A DNA stretch of 63,565 bases, filler included, from Octopus bimaculoides (Eukaryota): the NCBI RefSeq assembly GCF_001194135.2. It is 4 parts of 4 records of this genome, joined end to end, with 100 filler letters (N's around TTAATTAATTAA, not from the genome) between each part and the next. Parts side by side here need not be neighbours in the genome. Positions count along the whole stretch, not along the records: positions 21,020 to 44,785 come from NC_068981.1; 3 more parts are not named here. One strand, 5' to 3'. The notes under the pieces are model-generated. The model was not told where the DNA came from. It did not search any database and saw only the letters and a program-made list of their open reading frames with translations. Made by a program: the position numbers and the translations under genes. This document shows positions 25,684 through 39,685 of this stretch, piece by piece (the stretch's first letter is position 1; the number at the start of each line of letters is the position of its first letter).

Positions 25684-28456
25684 ATATATATATATATATA
25701 TNNNNNNNNNNNNNNNNNNNNNNNNNNNNNNNNNNNNNNNNNNNNNNNNNNNNNNNNNNNNNNNNNNNNNNNNNNNNNNNNNNNNNNNNNNNNNNNNNNN
25801 NNNNNNNNNNNNNNNNNNNNNNNNNNNNNNNNNNNNNNNNNNNNNNNNNNNNNNNNNNNNNNNNNNNNNNNNNNNNNNNNNNNNNNNNNNNNNNNNNNNN
25901 NNNNNNNNNNNNNNNNNNNNNNNNNNNNNNNNNNNNNNNNNNNNNNNNNNNNNNNNNNNNNNNNNNNNNNNNNNNNNNNNNNNNNNNNNNNNNNNNNNNN
26001 NNNNNNNNNNNNNNNNNNNNNNNNNNNNNNNNNNNNNNNNNNNNNNNNNNNNNNNNNNNNNNNNNNNNNNNNNNNNNNNNNNNNNNNNNNNNNNNNNNNN
26101 NNNNNNNNNNNNNNNNNNNNNNNNNNNNNNNNNNNNNNNNNNNNNNNNNNNNNNNNNNNNNNNNNNNNNNNNNNNNNNNNNNNNNNNNNNNNNNNNNNNN
26201 NNNNNNNNNNNNNNNNNNNNNNNNNNNNNNNNNNNNNNNNNNNNNNNNNNNNNNNNNNNNNNNNNNNNNNNNNNNNNNNNNNNNNNNNNNNNNNNNNNNN
26301 NNNNNNNNNNNNNNNNNNNNNNNNTATATATATATATATATATACGTACATACATACATACATACATACATACATACATACATGCATACATACATGCATA
26401 CATACATACACACATATATACAATTATATTATGCTTTACATCAGATAACTTATGCTGTGCTTATAATCGTGCATTTTGGGGGCTTCGGAAAATATTTGGG
26501 GTAATGAAGTCACATGTTCCAACTAGATTTTTGTGTTTTTGAATTTATGTCCTCGATTCTAGAAACGCCTAGTCTTTCGTAAATCTCAATAAATCTCATT
26601 CACGTGTATAGTTTTGCTACATGCATAATGGCGTCACTTTGGCAAAACAATCTGCAGAGACTAACAATGCGTCACATTATCCAGCATGTGAAATTTTGTG
26701 TATGCAATTATCATTAACTTATCTGCAATCAATATGTTGTGTATAACACAGAAAAGTTGTACAAGAACTTTACATACCTTTACATAGTAAAAATACAACA
26801 AAACTGACAACTAAAGAAAAATCAACTATCAATTATAGTCAGGTTCAGTTATTCGCAAATAAATTAAATACACATGGCTAATCCTTAAATAACAAACACT
26901 GTGTTGCTTTTTTTAAACTTTTCTAACAACGTAAATTGAAACTGAAATGTCTCCAATGTGAATTCTAAACCAATTTACCATTTCTAATTTCTATTAACTT
27001 TTTTCATGCATTTTTAATTCGCAAATTAGCATGTCTATAGAGACAATATTATGACAGGAAAAATAAGAATGTCACTTACATTTACAATTTCCGATAGTAA
27101 CCTAAGATAACAAAAATACTTCTCAATAATAATCGAAAGAGCTTTACTACAGAGGAATCTATGAGAAAATTTATCATAAATTTATTATCTGATACATCAA
27201 TATACTTTCGTTCGTTTCTACGTCTTGAACGAAATATGTAGCTGCGAACGATAGCTAATTAATTCTAAAGATTAATTTTGATAGTCCGCACAGTTTCGGA
27301 AACACGCGTAACATAATGTACATCTTGATAGAATAATCGTCAAGTCAAAAGCATTTCAGTCATAATCACCCCAACATTTTGTATCTGTAAATGTCTTCTT
27401 ACATTATTGTATTGTTACTTATTCAAATAAAAGTAGGTGCGACAAAAGCTTTACAGTTTAAGAACATAATGCGTATTATGTAAGAGGTTTTCCGATATGC
27501 AGCTTGTCCACAAAAACACTCCCTGATTTCACGTTGTTATGATATTTAAACTAATTCAAATATATTGATAAACATGTTGTGAACCGATTCTCGAACAACA
27601 GTTATCTCCTTTTTTTTCTTTTTTTTTTCAGATTATTAGACATCTTTGATCTGAAAACCACAAGGATAGAAGGAAATCTAAAAACGACCACCACCACAGC
27701 AACACAGCTGATGTGTACTCGAATTTGCAAAATTAAACAGTGTTGTGGCCGTGCAACGTGCTTTCAGACTCAAGTATTATACTATTACACTTACATCCAA
27801 GTCCACTCGGAAATGGTACCATGATTTTAATCAGTAAGGGTGTATCTGTGATAAGAGAAAGGGACATTCTGGCGGAGAACCACTCTACATAAACAGTAGA
27901 TACGTTTCCTGCAATACAGACAGATTTCTTTAAGTAAGCACATAGAGAGATGTGCAGGTAACATCAAACCAAGTATCACAGTTCTCCCCTTCTACGAATG
28001 CAAGGATACAATTTCTATGCAAGAACGTTTAAGTAAAGAAAACTCATTCATCGAAAAATAAAGAACACGCCTAATTATGCACGTATAACCAACTTTGATC
28101 TCTGTGCATATTTTAATTCACAATTAGATACCTATCACTGTACATATTCCACCGCACTACTCTAGCTTTTTAATTTTTGTGTATATATTATCCGCCTCCA
28201 ACCGAAAGATGAACAATTATCTCCCCTGTCCACAATAATAACGATCACTAATTACCTCCCCATAGATTTTTCTACTTGTTCAATTTCATTCATAAACTCC
28301 ACAAAAAAACATGGACAAAAACTTTTTCTTAAGAAAATACGTAATTAAAATAATTTTAATGTCAAGATTAACAAAAGCGAAACCGGTCGACAAACAATGT
28401 AAAACATATTTTAAAATATATTAGAACTATGTAAAGTGTGTGCGTTTTCCTCCTTT

Positions 28457-28544
<88 letters not shown>

Positions 28545-28621
28545 ATTAGACAAAATGAAATAGAGCCAAGCCTGTGAGTAGTTTTTAGGATATTTATAAG
28601 GAAAAATATATAGATATAGTT

Positions 28622-28662
28622 TTACAGCTGTTTCTGGAATATTATGGATATCCTTTCATCAG
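28622..28662 (-). ncRNA. Hammerhead ribozyme-like core at the edge of a probable Penelope-like repeat
   Basis: Minus strand: CTGATGA a aggatat ccata atattcc a GAAAC agct GTA; palindromic ACAGCTGT; stem I not supported in this copy. Confidence 0.5.
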
Positions 28663-29641
28663 ACACAATGGGAAATGGTTGAATAGAGGTAAATATTTGA
28701 GTTCGAAATAAGGAATTATTATGGAAACGGAGGAGATGGGAATATAGAGGGAAGTAATAAAATGAAAGTAGAAATAAAATATAAAATATATAAATATGAT
28801 GTAGCTGCAGTTCCATTATTCGAGGAAAGTGGTGTGTAGGAGTGGGAAAAAAGTTTCCTGTACATGGTAAGTAAGCTCAGATAGTAGGTCATGTTTTGTC
28901 ATTTCAAAGGATTGAGCCGTGGATTCTGTGTTGCTCATTCGAAAGTGTATTGTAGTGTGAAGGAAAATCTGAGAATGTATTGGTAGCATTACTCAAGTGG
29001 CGGAGGGAGAGATGTGGATGATTAGAATGAAGAGGTAGGTCAAAATGAAAATAGGAATAGAAAATGAGAGGAAGTAAGGTAGAAAAAAGAAAAAAGAGAG
29101 AGCAAAAAGTGAAAAGCGTGAAAAAACTGAAGACAGGTTGAAAGAAGTGAGAAAAGGAGTTTTTATTGGTGGTTAAGATAATGTGAGGAGAGGAGGGGAG
29201 AGGAGTGCGGTAGGGATAGGAAGAGATGAGAAGGTAAGGAGTGAATAAGTGTGAGTTATATGAGTAGGGGTTATAAGATAGAGCTGCATTAAGGGATGGG
29301 AAGAGAAAAGGTATACGTGGGGTGATACCAAAATGAATAGTAGTTTTTGTAATAAAATTGAAAGTGGAGGGAAGAATACAAGGACCTCAAATTTCTATAA
29401 ATAGACGTATGTGATTGTATAGGTTACTGTGATAGCTAGAAATCAGGGAGGAGGAAAGAAGGCATAATGGCATACGTACGCGCACACACATGTACATTTA
29501 CATGTGAGCTTATGCATACATATATATACACACACACACATATATACATATATATACATACGAAAATACATGCACATACACACATTTTGTATATACATAT
29601 GCACGTACATATACATACACACATACATACACATATATGTG

Positions 29642-29707
<66 letters not shown>

Positions 29708-29873
29708 TACATATACCCACATACATATGCATACACAAATATACATGCACACACATTTATACACACACATGTATCCGCTTGCATGTCTTGCATGTCTATA
29801 TATGTAGTATTAAACGATTGAGATATGTACATACACACATCACTCATACACACACACATTAATATATGTGTGC

Positions 29874-29923
<50 letters not shown>

Positions 29924-30789
29924 NNNNNNNNNNNNNNNNNNNNNNNNNNNNNNNNNNNNNNNNNNNNNNNNNNNNNNNNNNNNNNNNNNNNNNNNNNNNN
30001 NNNNNNNNNNNNNNNNNNNNNNNNNNNNNNNNNNNNNNNNNNNNNNNNNNNNNNNNNNNNNNNNNNNNNNNNNNNNNNNNNNNNNNNNNNNNNNNNNNNN
30101 NNNNNNNNNNNNNNNNNNNNNNNNNNNNNNNNNNNNNNNNNNNNNNNNNNNNNNNNNNNNNNNNNNNNNNNNNNNNNNNNNNNNNNNNNNNNNNNNNNNN
30201 NNNNNNNNNNNNNNNNNNNNNNNNNNNNNNNNNNNNNNNNNNNNNNNNNNNNNNNNNNNNNNNNNNNNNNNNNNNNNNNNNNNNNNNNNNNNNNNNNNNN
30301 NNNNNNNNNNNNNNNNNNNNNNNNNNNNNNNNNNNNNNNNNNNNNNNNNNNNNNNNNNNNNNNNNNNNNNNNNNNNNNNNNNNNNNNNNNNNNNNNNNNN
30401 NNNNNNNNNNNNNNNNNNNNNNNNNNNNNNNNNNNNNNNNNNNNNNNNNNNNNNNNNNNNNNNNNNNNNNNNNNNNNNNNNNNNNNNNNNNNNNNNNNNN
30501 NNNNNNNNNNNNNNNNNNNNNNNNNNNNNNNNNNNNNNNNNNNNNNNNNNNNNNNNNNNNNNNNNNNNNNNNNNNNNNNNNNNNNNNNNNNNNNNNNNNN
30601 NNNNNNNNNNNNNNNNNNNNNNNNNNNNNNNNNNNNNNNNNNNNNNNNNNNNNNNNNNNNNNNNNNNNNNNNNNNNNNNNNNNNNNNNNNNNNNNNNNNN
30701 NNNNNNNNNNNNNNNNNNNNNNNNNNNNNNNNNNNNNNNNNNNNNNNNNNNNNNNNNNNNNNNNNNNTATATATATATATACATACATA

Positions 30790-31119
30790 TACTTAAGATT
30801 AAGACTTAGTTGTGATCTGAACATAACCGCCTCTGACACAGAGAATCGGGAGCCCTTTTGCGCATTCTATTTTCCTTGCTGGAAGGGTTCAGTACACATG
30901 GGCAAAGAGGAGTTAGATGATGGGGGTGGTGCTTTCAAAAGGCTGGCATGTGTAACCTGATCACCTCTGCCCATCAAACTCCTAACCCATGCCCTCCAGT
31001 CGCGACACTGATTCTGCCCAAATTTGATGTTGATGTTACTTAGTTTGGTTTGAAATAAAGAACTTGATTAGCTTAATAATCCTAACTTAATCCCGGGAAA
31101 AACCGGACTATACTGCTAG
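30790..31119 (+). mobile_element. Helitron-like 3' terminus (5' end not identified)
   Basis: Hairpin ccgg gaaaaa ccgg at 31093-31106, then CTAG at 31116-31119 followed by T. Confidence 0.5.
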
Positions 31120-31156
<37 letters not shown>

Positions 31157-31232
31157 TTGACAGAGAGACATGGGTAGACAGACAGTCAGTCGGACGGACA
31201 ACTAGACAGGCAAACAGACAGACAGACGGACT

Positions 31233-31300
<68 letters not shown>

Positions 31301-31399
31301 TGTATGTATTTTGTAGGTATATACCTTTGTGAGTTGCTTTTCTGTTCAGGGTTGGAAGGAATATATATTGAACAGAATTATTCTTAAGTTTAGTCGACA

Positions 31400-31760
31400 C
31401 AATGTGTTATACCTTCTTCATACGTTTCAGTCTGATTTCGATGGTGGACGAGAATCAGTTACAGGATATATTCTGGGGTACAGATGTCTCGGCCTGCACC
31501 AACGACTCACTCTCCAGGTCTCGAAAGATACTCCATATTGCGAAATCTAGAACTTTCTCAAGAAAATGAGCGACTCTACAACTTGGTGCCGGTTTATCTA
31601 AAAATGAGTACACCTTGTAGCTGCGAAAGATTAGCGCAAGATCTAATGCCTCAGATATTCTGGTCTCCTTGATGATATCGTTGATGAAGTTGCATTTGTT
31701 CTTGGAGATCTTTAACAGCTTCTTGTTATTTTGTTTGGCATGCTATTAGTGGTTAGGCAT
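31400..31760 (-). mobile_element. Possible decayed L1/Tx1-type APE endonuclease fragment
   Basis: Minus frame IIKETRISE..YKVYS..RVAHFLEKVLDFAIWSIFRDLESESLV resembles the APE ET..GVA..RD.EGR.L pattern; weak. Confidence 0.35.
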
Positions 31761-32214
31761 GCTTTTGTTGCTGTTGCTCTTCCTGAAAGTGTAGTTTATT
31801 GGACTCTGTACTTTGAGAATAGGCAAGTTTTGGGTCATTATTCAATCTTCCCTTCAAAATTATCTCTCACTTTACGATCTTTTTTCTGGTTGCTAAAGGC
31901 TTAATCGCTTTTTAAATTTGTAGTTTGCCTAACAGAAATATTTTCAAAAGGTTTCTCGTAAAGAGGCAAGAAATGAAAGATATAATTCGCCCGCTGGACT
32001 ATTCTTTAACTTAACAGGAAGTTAAATATCAGTATTAACAAAGTAAATTTGACTAAATATGCTAGTAAACAAAACGTTACGGAGAACACTCGAACATCTC
32101 GTTGATACAGTGAATAGCAAATAATAACAGTAACAACGACAACAACAACAACAACAATAATAATAATAATAATTATTATTATTATTATTATTATTAAATA
32201 ATAATAATAATAAT

Positions 32215-33829
32215 TTGTACTGTACTTTGTATTGTACTTCATACCACTAACACTGATACTGAGGAAAGCAAAAGCTGGGTATGTATTCAAAAGCAGCCAA
32301 CAAAAAGTCAACCATTTGTTATTCATGGACGATCTAAAACTTTATGGTAAAGATCAAGCCCAAGTCAGTCCCCTCGTTGACACGGTGTATACTTTCAGTG
32401 TTGATATCAGAATAGAGTTCGGACTGAGAAAGTGTGGTGTGTTAGTCTTGAAGAGAGGCAAAATCAAATGTATACACGGACTATCGATACCGTCGGGGGA
32501 GGTTATGAAGTAGATACAAGAGACGGGCTATAACTACTTGGGGATTTTGGAAATGGACAAATTGATGGAGACAGAAATGACAGAAAAATTTAAGGTGGAG
32601 TACTTGCACAGACTGAGACTGATCCTTAAGTCGAAATTAAACGGACGGAATAAGATTGAAGCTATCAACATTTGGGCAGTTTCACTACTAAGATATGGAG
32701 CAGGGGTAATCGCATGGACAGTAAAACGAAGTAAACAGCTTAGACAGAAAGACAAAGAAGTTGCTAACTAGATATGGGTCACTCCACCCAAATAGTGATA
32801 CAGACAGACTATATGTACCAGGAAAAAGAGGGGGAAGAGGACATATTGGATGCGAACACAGCATTAGAACAGAAGAAAACAATATAGCATGGTATGTAAA
32901 AAGTGTCACAGAACCGCTATTACTAGCGGTAAGAAGTCCAGGCTTGTGTGGGATGAAAGATTGCAAAGATAAAGCACTATACAAGAAATTGAAAACGAAT
33001 GAAACTGAAAATAGGTGGGTAAAGAAAAGAATGCATGGACAATTTCATAGGGATGTTGAAGATAAGACAGACAGAGAAAAAGATAGCTGTGGTGACTAAA
33101 AGTGATTTAAAACCGGAAACGGAGGCTCTAATCTGTGCTGCCAAAGAGCAAGCTCTAAAAACAAACTACATAAAATACAGAGTAGACGACAGAGCAGAAA
33201 GTGATAAGTGCAGAATCTGTGAATAAAATGGTCAAACCGTATGGCATATTACCAACCAATACACGCCACTAGCCCAGAAGGAATATAAGAGACACCACGA
33301 CAATATAGCAAGGCTTGTCCATTGGACACTTTGCAACAAGTATGAACTTGACAGAAAAAAATTGGCACAACCACAAACCCGAAGGCATCATCGAGAACGA
33401 TAATGCAAAGCGCCTGTGTGATTTTATGATTCAGTGCGACCATGAGATAGAGAATAGGAAACCAGATAGTCTTAATTGAGAAAGAAAACAAACTATGCTG
33501 GATCATAGATATAGCATGCCCAGCTGGCAACAAGGTATGCGATAAGAAAGAAAGAAAAGTCGATAGGTATGAGAGGTTAGCTTGGGAGGTAAAGCAGTTG
33601 TGGTCGCTGAAAAAGGTTGTAGTAGTAGCAATAATTGTTGGAGCCCTGGGAACAGTGAGTAAAAATTTCGAGAAGTACATGGTAGAAATAGGGGCTGTAA
33701 TAAGGGTGGATCACTTGCAGAAAACAGCACTGCTTGGAACCGCTCGAATACTCCGGAAGGTGCTCAGTTCACTGGTAATGAACAGCTGACACCGCAGTAC
33801 ATCTCCAGCGTTAGAAGCTGTGCAAAAAC
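32215..33829 (+). mobile_element. 5'-truncated R4/Dong-clade LINE (family 1): RT C-terminus, CCHC knuckle, RLE endonuclease, 3' UTR, (TAA)n tail
   Basis: NHLLFMDDLKLYGK, EFGLRKC, YLGILE, KCRIC..HI, DFMIQCDHEIENRKPD..IIDIACP, LQKTALLGTARILRKVL; frameshifts and stops; (TAA)n on both sides. Confidence 0.93.
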
Positions 33830-33895
<66 letters not shown>

Positions 33896-34728
33896 CATGA
33901 TAAAACGATGGCAAGAAAAGCCCCTACATGGTAAATACTGGGCTAAACTAAATGCGAAAGAAATAGACAGAGAAAAATCCCAGCAATGGCTGAGAAGCTC
34001 AGGACTCAAAGCAGAGACTGAAGGATTTTTAATTGCTGCACAAGACCAGAGCCTCCCCACTAGAAATTACCAAAAACACATAATGAAAAGAANNNNNNNN
34101 NNNNNNNNNNNNNNNNNNNNNNNNNNNNNNNNNNNNNNNNNNNNNNNNNNNNNNNNNNNNNNNNNNNNNNNNNNNNNNNNNNNNNNNNNNNNNNNNNNNN
34201 NNNNNNNNNNNNNNNNNNNNNNNNNNNNNNNNNNNNNNNNNNNNNNNNNNNNNNNNNNNNNNNNNNNNNNNNNNNNNNNNNNNNNNNNNNNNNNNNNNNN
34301 NNNNNNNNNNNNNNNNNNNNNNNNNNNNNNNNNNNNNNNNNNNNNNNNNNNNNNNNNNNNNNNNNNNNNNNNNNNNNNNNNNNNNNNNNNNNNNNNNNNN
34401 NNNNNNNNNNNNNNNNNNNNNNNNNNNNNNNNNNNNNNNNNNNNNNNNNNNNNNNNNNNNNNNNNNNNNNNNNNNNNNNNNNNNNNNNNNNNNNNNNNNN
34501 NNNNNNNNNNNNNNNNNNNAGACAAATACATAACAAAAATACCAGGACTTACAAATATATGTAACATACAGAAAATTGCACTACTGGGTACTGCACACAT
34601 TCTACGCAAAACACTTTCAATACAGTAAACATAAAAGCACCACAACAAACCACAGCACATACCCAAGGCGCACAGAGCTGCGCTCGGTAGTGAAGTGAAA
34701 GCACGTTATAAAAATAAAACTACTGAAC
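33896..34728 (+). mobile_element. R4/Dong-clade LINE 3' fragment (family 2), gap inside, (TAA)n tail
   Basis: MIKRWQEKPLHGKY..WLRSSGLKAETEGFLIAAQDQSLPTRNY and IQKIALLGTAHILRKTLSIQ*. Confidence 0.9.
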
Positions 34729-34749
34729 AATAATAATAATAATAATAAA

Positions 34750-34802
<53 letters not shown>

Positions 34803-34812
34803 CAATAATAAT

Positions 34813-35100
34813 GGAATACTTGAGGCAGTTGGAATTAAACACCACGACATGAAGAAAAAGACAAAAAGACCTTACCTGCGGCCAGTGAGAAGAATATTGG
34901 CTTCAAACTGAATACCAGAAACGTAATTTCGGTAATAAACTCACGTTCAGTCGCAGTAGATCGGTATAGCGCTGGAATCCTGAAGTGAACAGAGGGAGAA
35001 TAAAGTAAAGGAGATGGACAGGAAGTCAAGAAAGCTCCTAACGATGCATGGATCGCATCATCCACGTGTACACACTGATCGCCTGTACATGAAGACAGTG
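34813..35100 (+). mobile_element. R4/Dong-clade LINE internal fragment (family 3)
   Basis: Frameshifted GILEAVGIKHHDMKKK..YLRPVRRIL..RYSAGILK..EMDRKSRKLLTMHGSHHPRVHTDRLYMK. Confidence 0.8.
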
Positions 35101-35532
35101 CCAACACAATGATTATGTTACTGTTGTTGTTGCTGCTGTGGTTATTGTTGCTTGTATTGATGTCGTCTTTGTTAAAACAGTTTTACTTACCGTTGCTGTT
35201 ATTGATGTTGCTGTTTTGTCCTCACACAAATGTTTCTAAGGAAGTTGGTGGTGGTATGAGAAGATTTTGTGTTCCCACCTCGTCGGGTCTGACAGTGCGT
35301 TACCGTCGCCATGATTCCCAACAAGAAAACGCAGACAAAAGCAAATATAATATCAAAAAACTTGTACACTTTAGGAACTAGTTTAGTAAGCTCCTTCACC
35401 CATCAGTGAAGTATTGGCCTTATTCAATGTTTTAACAAATATTTACAACAATAAGCAAATTATTTACAAAATTTAACCAACTTTCGGGAACTAATACTAC
35501 GTATGTCCAACACAAACTTGAATGATATTAAT

Positions 35533-35722
35533 GATTTCAAATTTTGGCGCAAGGTGGGTAATTTCAAAAAAATGGATTACATCAACCCCAGTGCTCAACT
35601 GGTACTTAGTTTATCGATTCCGAAAGGATGGAAGGCAAAGTTGACCCCGGCAGAATTTGAATTCAGAACGTAAGGACGGACGAAATACCGCTTAACATTT
35701 TGACCGGCGTGCTAACGATTGT
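35533..35722 (-). mobile_element. tRNA-derived SINE family C
   Basis: Reverse complement of the 39385-39600 copy (aatcgttagcac..gttctgaattcaaatt..gtcaactttgcc..taccagttg..ccaaaatttgaaa). Confidence 0.85.
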
Positions 35723-36007
35723 TGTAGCTATAATAACTACATATCAGCTCTTTCTATTGTCGTTTCTATACACAATGTTACTGTGTTGTTACTCTAAACA
35801 AGTTTCATTTTTGTTTGTGTGTGTATGTGTGTATGTGTGCGTGTGTGTGTGCGTGTGCAGACGCACATACACATAATATATTTCTCTTTTATATTACCAG
35901 CATCATCATCGAGTTGTTTTTGTTAGAGATCGATAGATATTGTTTCTTTATCTGTTTCTTTCTTTGCACGTTCTCTCTCACAATCTCTCTCTCCTTTCTC
36001 TCTTTCT

Positions 36008-36120
<113 letters not shown>

Positions 36121-36958
36121 TCTCAATGACAGAAGTGTTTTCATGTAGTGAAGTCATTAGCATCTTTCACATGGGTCAATAAATTTATCAATTGCATTAG
36201 TTGTTAAACTAGTTTTACTGTTATTGGTCTTCTTTTTTAATTTTGTTGGTGCCTGCCTTAGTTTTCTAATACATTTACTTGATTATCACTTTATTTTTTC
36301 CTATTTTTTCTTTTTCTTTTTATCGTGTTTCACACTCCTTCTCTCTTTCATCTTTTCCCTTTATTTTAAAGTTTCTAATGTCTTCACGTTTTACAGTTTT
36401 CATTTTCTCGCTTTCTTTATCACATTCATTTGCTTCTTGTTTGATTTTTCTTTCAACAGTATTTTCTTTCATTCATTTTGTTTATTTTTTTTCTTTTCTG
36501 CTTTTCTCATTCTGTTTTAAAATTTAAATCTTTTATTTTCTTTCTGTTTCTCAGTCTTTCACAGTTTAGTTTGTGTGTTTGTGTGTGTGTAATTACAATC
36601 GGAGAATAATTTCTTCTCAAATATTTGATTAATTCAGGATTTTCCCCTTTATTTTGTTATTGCATTTCGATTTCATTTTATTTTGTCTCGGGCAATGCAA
36701 AGCAAAATGACCTGTGCAATTTAGTTACATGTCTTTACGTTCTGAGTTCAAATCCCTCCGAAATCAACTTTACCTTTCACATATCTCCATGGCTGTTTAC
36801 ATTCAGTAAAATATTGAGGTGTGTACCACTCTACAATATTCGCCCTTCAACTTACTTATGACATTTATGTCAAAAGTATTATATCTAAAGAGCTGTTGAT
36901 ATTAGAATCATTAGGATTCTTACAGTATTTCGTTACAACCGTTTAGAGTCTAAGTCCA

Positions 36959-37344
36959 TTGTGTTGTTGGCACTCCATCGCTTACGACGTCGCGGGTTCC
37001 AGTTGATCCGATCAACGGAACAGTCTGCTCGTGAAATTAACGTGCAAGTAGCTGAGCATTCCACAGACACGTGTACCGTTAACATAGTTCTCGTGGATAT
37101 TCAGCGTGACACAGTGTGACGAGGTTGGCCCTTTGAAAAACAGGAACAGAAACAGGAAAAAAGAGTGAGAAAAAGTTGTGGTGAAAGAGTACAGCAGGGT
37201 TCGCCACCATTCCCATGCCGGAGCCTCGTGAAGCTTTAGGTGTTTTCGCTCAATAAACACTCACAACGTCCGGTCTGGGAATCGAAACCGCGATCCTATG
37301 ACCGCGAGTCCGTTGCCCTAACCACTGGGCCATTGCGCCTCCAC
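36959..37344 (-). mobile_element. tRNA-derived SINE family D with ~13-bp target-site duplication
   Basis: Minus head GGAGGCGCAATGGCCCAGTGGTTAGG..GGTTTCGATTCCC; flanks gagtctaagtcca (36946-36958) and aagactaagtcca (37345-37357), 11/13 identical. Confidence 0.85.
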
Positions 37345-38764
37345 AAGACTAAGTCCACATGGCACACCACCGACATTGCCTCTCAATTTTATCAGGTCCG
37401 ATAATCGGCCCTGATTTAAACGATTCCTCCTTCTCGCGAAACTGACTGTCAATTGGCATCTTATCGTTTAGCAGCGGAGTTCCCTGAAAAAGGTGCATAC
37501 ATTCATGTCAGGGCAAGTTAATTCTTATCGCCATCATTTCATGATTTTGTCCAGTAGAAAGATATGGTATTCAATCAGGAATCAAATCATCACAGCAAAT
37601 TTGAACTACTGCCAGTATGTTGCATTTGCTACGCTAACTTATGCAAAATATTAATTTCTCACCTAAAATGAAAACACAACTTTGTAGTAGAGGAGTATAG
37701 TCACTGGAAAATGATACCGCAGTACATTTAATATGAAATGAGAACCAAAGGTCTCGGTACAGTTTAACTTAAAATATCGAAACTAACTACGCTACAGTAT
37801 TTTGCTAGGTTTTCCATGTTGAATATCCATGTTGAGTATCAGAATAAACCCTTTCGCTGGCAAAATTCTTAGGCCAAGGCTTTAAACTCTCCCGAGTAAA
37901 ACAGAACGCTTTCACATTCATGATTTTCCAGAAACAAGAGAAGAAATCGAAATCTAAAAGAATGCACGGCTCAAAGAGGACCTGCGGTGGCTGCATAATT
38001 CCCATAATACTTCCTGATCATCTGGTTACTTTTACGAGCTGTTACTTTTTACAAACGATAGGCATACGGGATTAAACCTCGTCAACTATCTTACTGGTAC
38101 TTATCAGCTGAAAGTAGAGACCAAATTCATTTTACAAATCATCTTACACTATTAAGAAAGGAAGGACACATTAGAACATATAGTCTAATGTTGATTGAGA
38201 GAGAAACGGCTTCGTCACCGTTCTATTACGTTTGAACTTATGTCTTATTAATCAAAGTTGATCTGAGATTATATATCATGACAACAATCCTATGGGGATA
38301 AAAATCAAAACTTCTTTGTTCCAAAAACCCCAACCCAGTAGGATTCTAAACACAGAGATAAGAAATTAAGTGCAGAAAACACAATATTTCATCCAGAATT
38401 CTATAGTATGGGCCACAAAATACCCTCATCAAGAATAAATTGTGCCTTTTGTTTCGAATTTAATACGCTACCATATATCTGATGGGTAGATGTAATAATA
38501 GACTGAATTGCCTCCAGTGCACGTCTAGCATCAACCCTAAACATGATGAAAGATGAAGTCTAGGCCGAAAGTATAGCAAGCGAAGTCACACGCGGCCGTA
38601 TTTGAACAGGGGACATTGTCCATCACTTTGCTGTATTTCTGACATTCTCCTCACCTCATCACAGACCTTAAGATAAAAGAAAATAACGATTTAGTCTGCG
38701 ATTCTTCCTTAGAAAATTTCTTTATCAATCACCTTTCTTACAAACATACCTGCATGCATGCATG

Positions 38765-38795
<31 letters not shown>

Positions 38796-39384
38796 TTTGT
38801 TTTTGGCTGTAAGCTATTAAACTTCATACCAGCAATTTATAACAATAATGACTCACATTTGAGAAGACTGATCGTAACCTTCACTCCACATCCAACCACA
38901 AACATATACACGTCAATATATGACTGGAAAAATGGAAGAGTTTGACAGTGACAGGTTAAGGCCAGTCTAATCGAAATTCACCATTTCTTTGGCTGTTGTT
39001 AATTTATCATTAAAATTAACATATCAGGAGTTTTTGTTCCATAATTCTCTTTCAAATCCATCGATGAATATTTTGTTTCATGCATCTAATTATATTACGA
39101 CGGTGACTTTCTCTTCTTCGGCAGTGAAGTGAAGTTAGAACGCTGAAATGGATGTGTAAACGTATGCAAGATCAATACTGCAAACTTCGTAGATATCGTT
39201 ATTATAATTATTATTCTTTATATTTGACGTGGAGAGACATGCGACTTGTCGTTTCTTGAAGTATTTTAATCAGTGTAACAGGAGTATAAATAAAATTTCT
39301 TTTTAAATATTTCCTTCAGGTGATCAGATATCGACTTCGCCTTGCTGGCCTTGTCTGTAAATTAGAAACATTTATTATTATTAA

Positions 39385-39600
39385 CAAGCTAGCAGAATCG
39401 TTCGCACCCTGCGCAAAATGCTTAGCGGCATTTCGTCTGTCTTTACGTTCTGGGTTCAAATTACGCCGAGGTCGACTTTGCCTCTCATCCTTTCGAGGTC
39501 TATAAAATAAATACCAGTTGAACACTGTGTTCGATGTAAACGAATTGCTTGCATCCCTCCCCGAAATTACTGGTCTTGTGCCAAAATTTGAAACCATTAC
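39385..39600 (+). mobile_element. SINE family C with (TTG/TTA)n tail
   Basis: agctagcagaatcgtt.. B-box gggttcaaatt..; further partial copies at ~36690-36790, 40245-40378, 51652-51850, 54718-54900, 59395-59520. Confidence 0.85.
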
Positions 39601-39632
39601 TATTGTTGTTGTTTTTGCTTTCGTTGTTGTTA

Positions 39633-39685
<53 letters not shown>

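Noticed and set aside
27601-27824. Strong 3' splice site (AG at 27630-27631) followed by a short open frame
   Set aside because: No convincing donor or recognisable peptide; T-rich tracts are common here.
37270-37344. tRNA-like sequence on the minus strand
   Set aside because: A and B boxes are present but there is no acceptor-stem pairing and it continues into a SINE body; not a tRNA gene.
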